Source: Trichodelitschia bisporula
Taxonomy: Eukaryota
Assembly: GCA_010356995.1 (NCBI GenBank)
Contig: ML996690.1
Span: forward strand, 499,420-563,419
Reading direction: 5' to 3'
DNA length: 64,000 nt
The stretch's first letter is position 1. Each line of letters opens with the position of its first letter. This document shows, piece after piece, positions 61,880 through 64,000 of the stretch. Under the pieces are notes generated by a model, which worked only from the letters and a program-made list of their open reading frames with translations, was not told the DNA's origin and did not search any database. Position numbers and translations under genes: made by a program.

Positions 61880-64000
61880 TTACCCAAAAATGCAAGATGG
61901 TGGCGTCGTTGGGAAAAGCTGTGTAATATCCTCCCCGCTTTCGAAGCCCCGTTCCTCTTGAAGCTGTCGTCCTCCATAGAACACCAAACTGTCTTCTGAT
62001 GTTTCTTGGAATGTGAAGCCGTTGCGTAAGTCTAGGGCGTTTTTTAACATGCATGGGAAGGCAGATGAGGAATCGTCCATTCCGGCCTCACTCCAAAGAC
62101 GACGCAGGGTGTATGCTTCTTTGTCGGAATCGTTGAATATTAGTTGATTGTGGAAGTTCTTGTAGTCTTCCGCCAATGGCGGAAATACAGTGAATAGCTT
62201 GATTTCTGCCAGCAATGTCTGCGATATGGCCTCGCTGGTATCGAATCCCTCGCAAGCCTCCGCCATTGTCAAGCGGACCTCGCGCCGCTTTAAGAAATAA
62301 AATGCGGAACGATGACGAAAGGAGATGTTCTCCCTGCCAGTGACTAGTGAGCTGTAAGAGTCGAGTGAGCCCTCACAGTGGTTTGCCTCAACAGAGTCGC
62401 TTTCAGCGGCAGAGCTAGGGATGCGTGTTTCGAGAAGACCTCTACATTAGCCGTTGAGCCGAACTCGTCCCCACGCCAACCTCGCCGCATAATCGATCGT
62501 CTTAACGAGATGATCGACTTTCATCATCAGGCTCCGCTCAGACTTGTAGTCCTTGAGAAGGGTGTACCTGAAGAGTGACGGGTGGGAGGAACATGCTCTT
62601 TTGCATCAAGAGCATCACGGAAAAGGTTTGGTACGCCGAAAAACGGTCGGCTGGGTCGAGGGAGTCGAGAAGATATTGGTACAACGGCTCGATTTCCTTC
62701 GATATTGCGTCCAACTTGCGAAACAAGTCCGAGAGCGCATCGTGATTCTCAATCCCAGCTCGCAGTGCCTTGACAGCCAAAACCCAGAGGAAAATTGCCT
62801 CCGCGCTCCGTGACAGCGGTGACAAGCGAACCCCTTTCCACTTCGGTGAGCCTGACATTCTTCGAAGTACTGAAGCTTGAGAACCGAGCGGAGACAAAAT
62901 TTGAGATATCCCCGCGCGTGAAATCCTGCAGCCGGAGGCGCTTCTTAGCATCAAAGGCGTTGCGGAAGACATTGTAATCCCTGCTCGACACGCATAACTT
63001 GACGTGATCTGGAGCGGCCTCAGTCCAGCTGTGGACTAGATTTACCATATCAAAGTAGTCTTCGCGGTGAGTTTCTTCGAATTCGTCGAGGCCGTCAATG
63101 AAAAAGCAGAAGCACCGGTCCTGGTATAGCTCCTTGACCTTGATGAGCTTGTCGAGGGCGTTGCGCATGCTCAACCTTGTAAGCGGCATATTCAACGCGA
63201 AAATGTTATCCGACCGTGAATTCGCCAGTGCAGACTTCTCTACCAGCTCTTTTGCCGTATTCCACTCTTCTGGAAAAACATGCGGTATGACTTCCGGGCA
63301 CTTCTTGAGGACTTCATGAAGCAGTGAGCGAACTAAGCCGTTAAGAAACCTTTGAAGATCCGTGCCTGCTCGCTAGAAGAAGAAACTAGCGAGAATGAGT
63401 TATTTGTCTCCAGACCAGGCTGTGAGTTGCTGCTCAGTGCGCGGATGGTCATATAGAAAGCGGAGAAGTGTCGACTTTCCGCAACACAGCTTGCCTGTTA
63501 TGTGGAAAATGCCCGTCTCAGACTTCAGCCAGTGCACAAATGAGACGCCATTTGTCATCTCTCTAAGTTCAGGACCCTGGGCGTCATCGAATATCCATTC
63601 GAACGTCTTTGCGTGCGCAGGATCAATCCTTTCCATTCGTGCGTGAATATCGCCAAAGTAGAGCTGGCCCAGGACCAGTTGCTTTGCAGCATCGCTTAGT
63701 GCATTTTCAGGGATCTCAAGGAGTTCCCGAAGCTAGACCTCGGACACATTATCAGGGGCTGCATCGCCAATCCGAAACCTGAAATCGTTCCAAGAATCAT
63801 GAAACCTGATAAGGTCGACCTCTCGGGGTTCGTTGGCCACCAAAATAAGAGCATCAAGCCGCTCTCTCAGCATGCGTCTCGTATATTTGTCAGTTATCAG
63901 GCCGTCATGTGCGAAAGGTTAGTACCTGTCCAGTGTATCCAGCTGCGCAGTGAGTTGGCGCCGACATATCTCCAGTCTGTTCAGCAGGGCCGTCTTTTTT
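61880..64000 (-). pseudogene. NACHT-domain (fungal NLR-like) pseudogene; 5' part extends beyond the window
   Basis: AHAKTFEWIF, FHITGKLCCGKSTLL (degenerate Walker A), SFFF*RAGTDLQ, FFIDGLDE (Walker B), KLCVSSR, IFLWV; three in-frame stops and a frameshift near 62800. Confidence 0.85.

Overview
Eukaryotic DNA from a GC-rich filamentous ascomycete (Pezizomycotina-like), judged from 45-80 nt GT-AG introns with CTRAC branch sites and dispersed 5S and tRNA genes. Most of the window is a housekeeping block: Opi1/ccg-8-like factor, peroxisomal enoyl-CoA isomerase, CYK3, CysRS, TRM61, NBS1, MRPS8, APC11, TUM1, a G1 cyclin, a PAP2 phosphatase, MIC60 and SRS2. It also holds two alpha/beta hydrolases, a PTH11-like membrane protein, a laccase, two tRNAs, a 5S rRNA gene and a nearby 5S pseudocopy. 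Both ends carry NLR-type sequence: a WD40 tail on the left and a RIP-like NACHT pseudogene on the right. I found no convincing novel multi-gene system. The best leads are a G1-cyclin intron whose nearest AG is out of frame, a tandem RxxSP array in CYK3, a 5'-damaged 5S copy abutting TpA-rich relic DNA, a GC-AG intron, and a recurrent C-rich to G-rich switch along genes. All calls come from manual reading and recalled family motifs; no searches were run.
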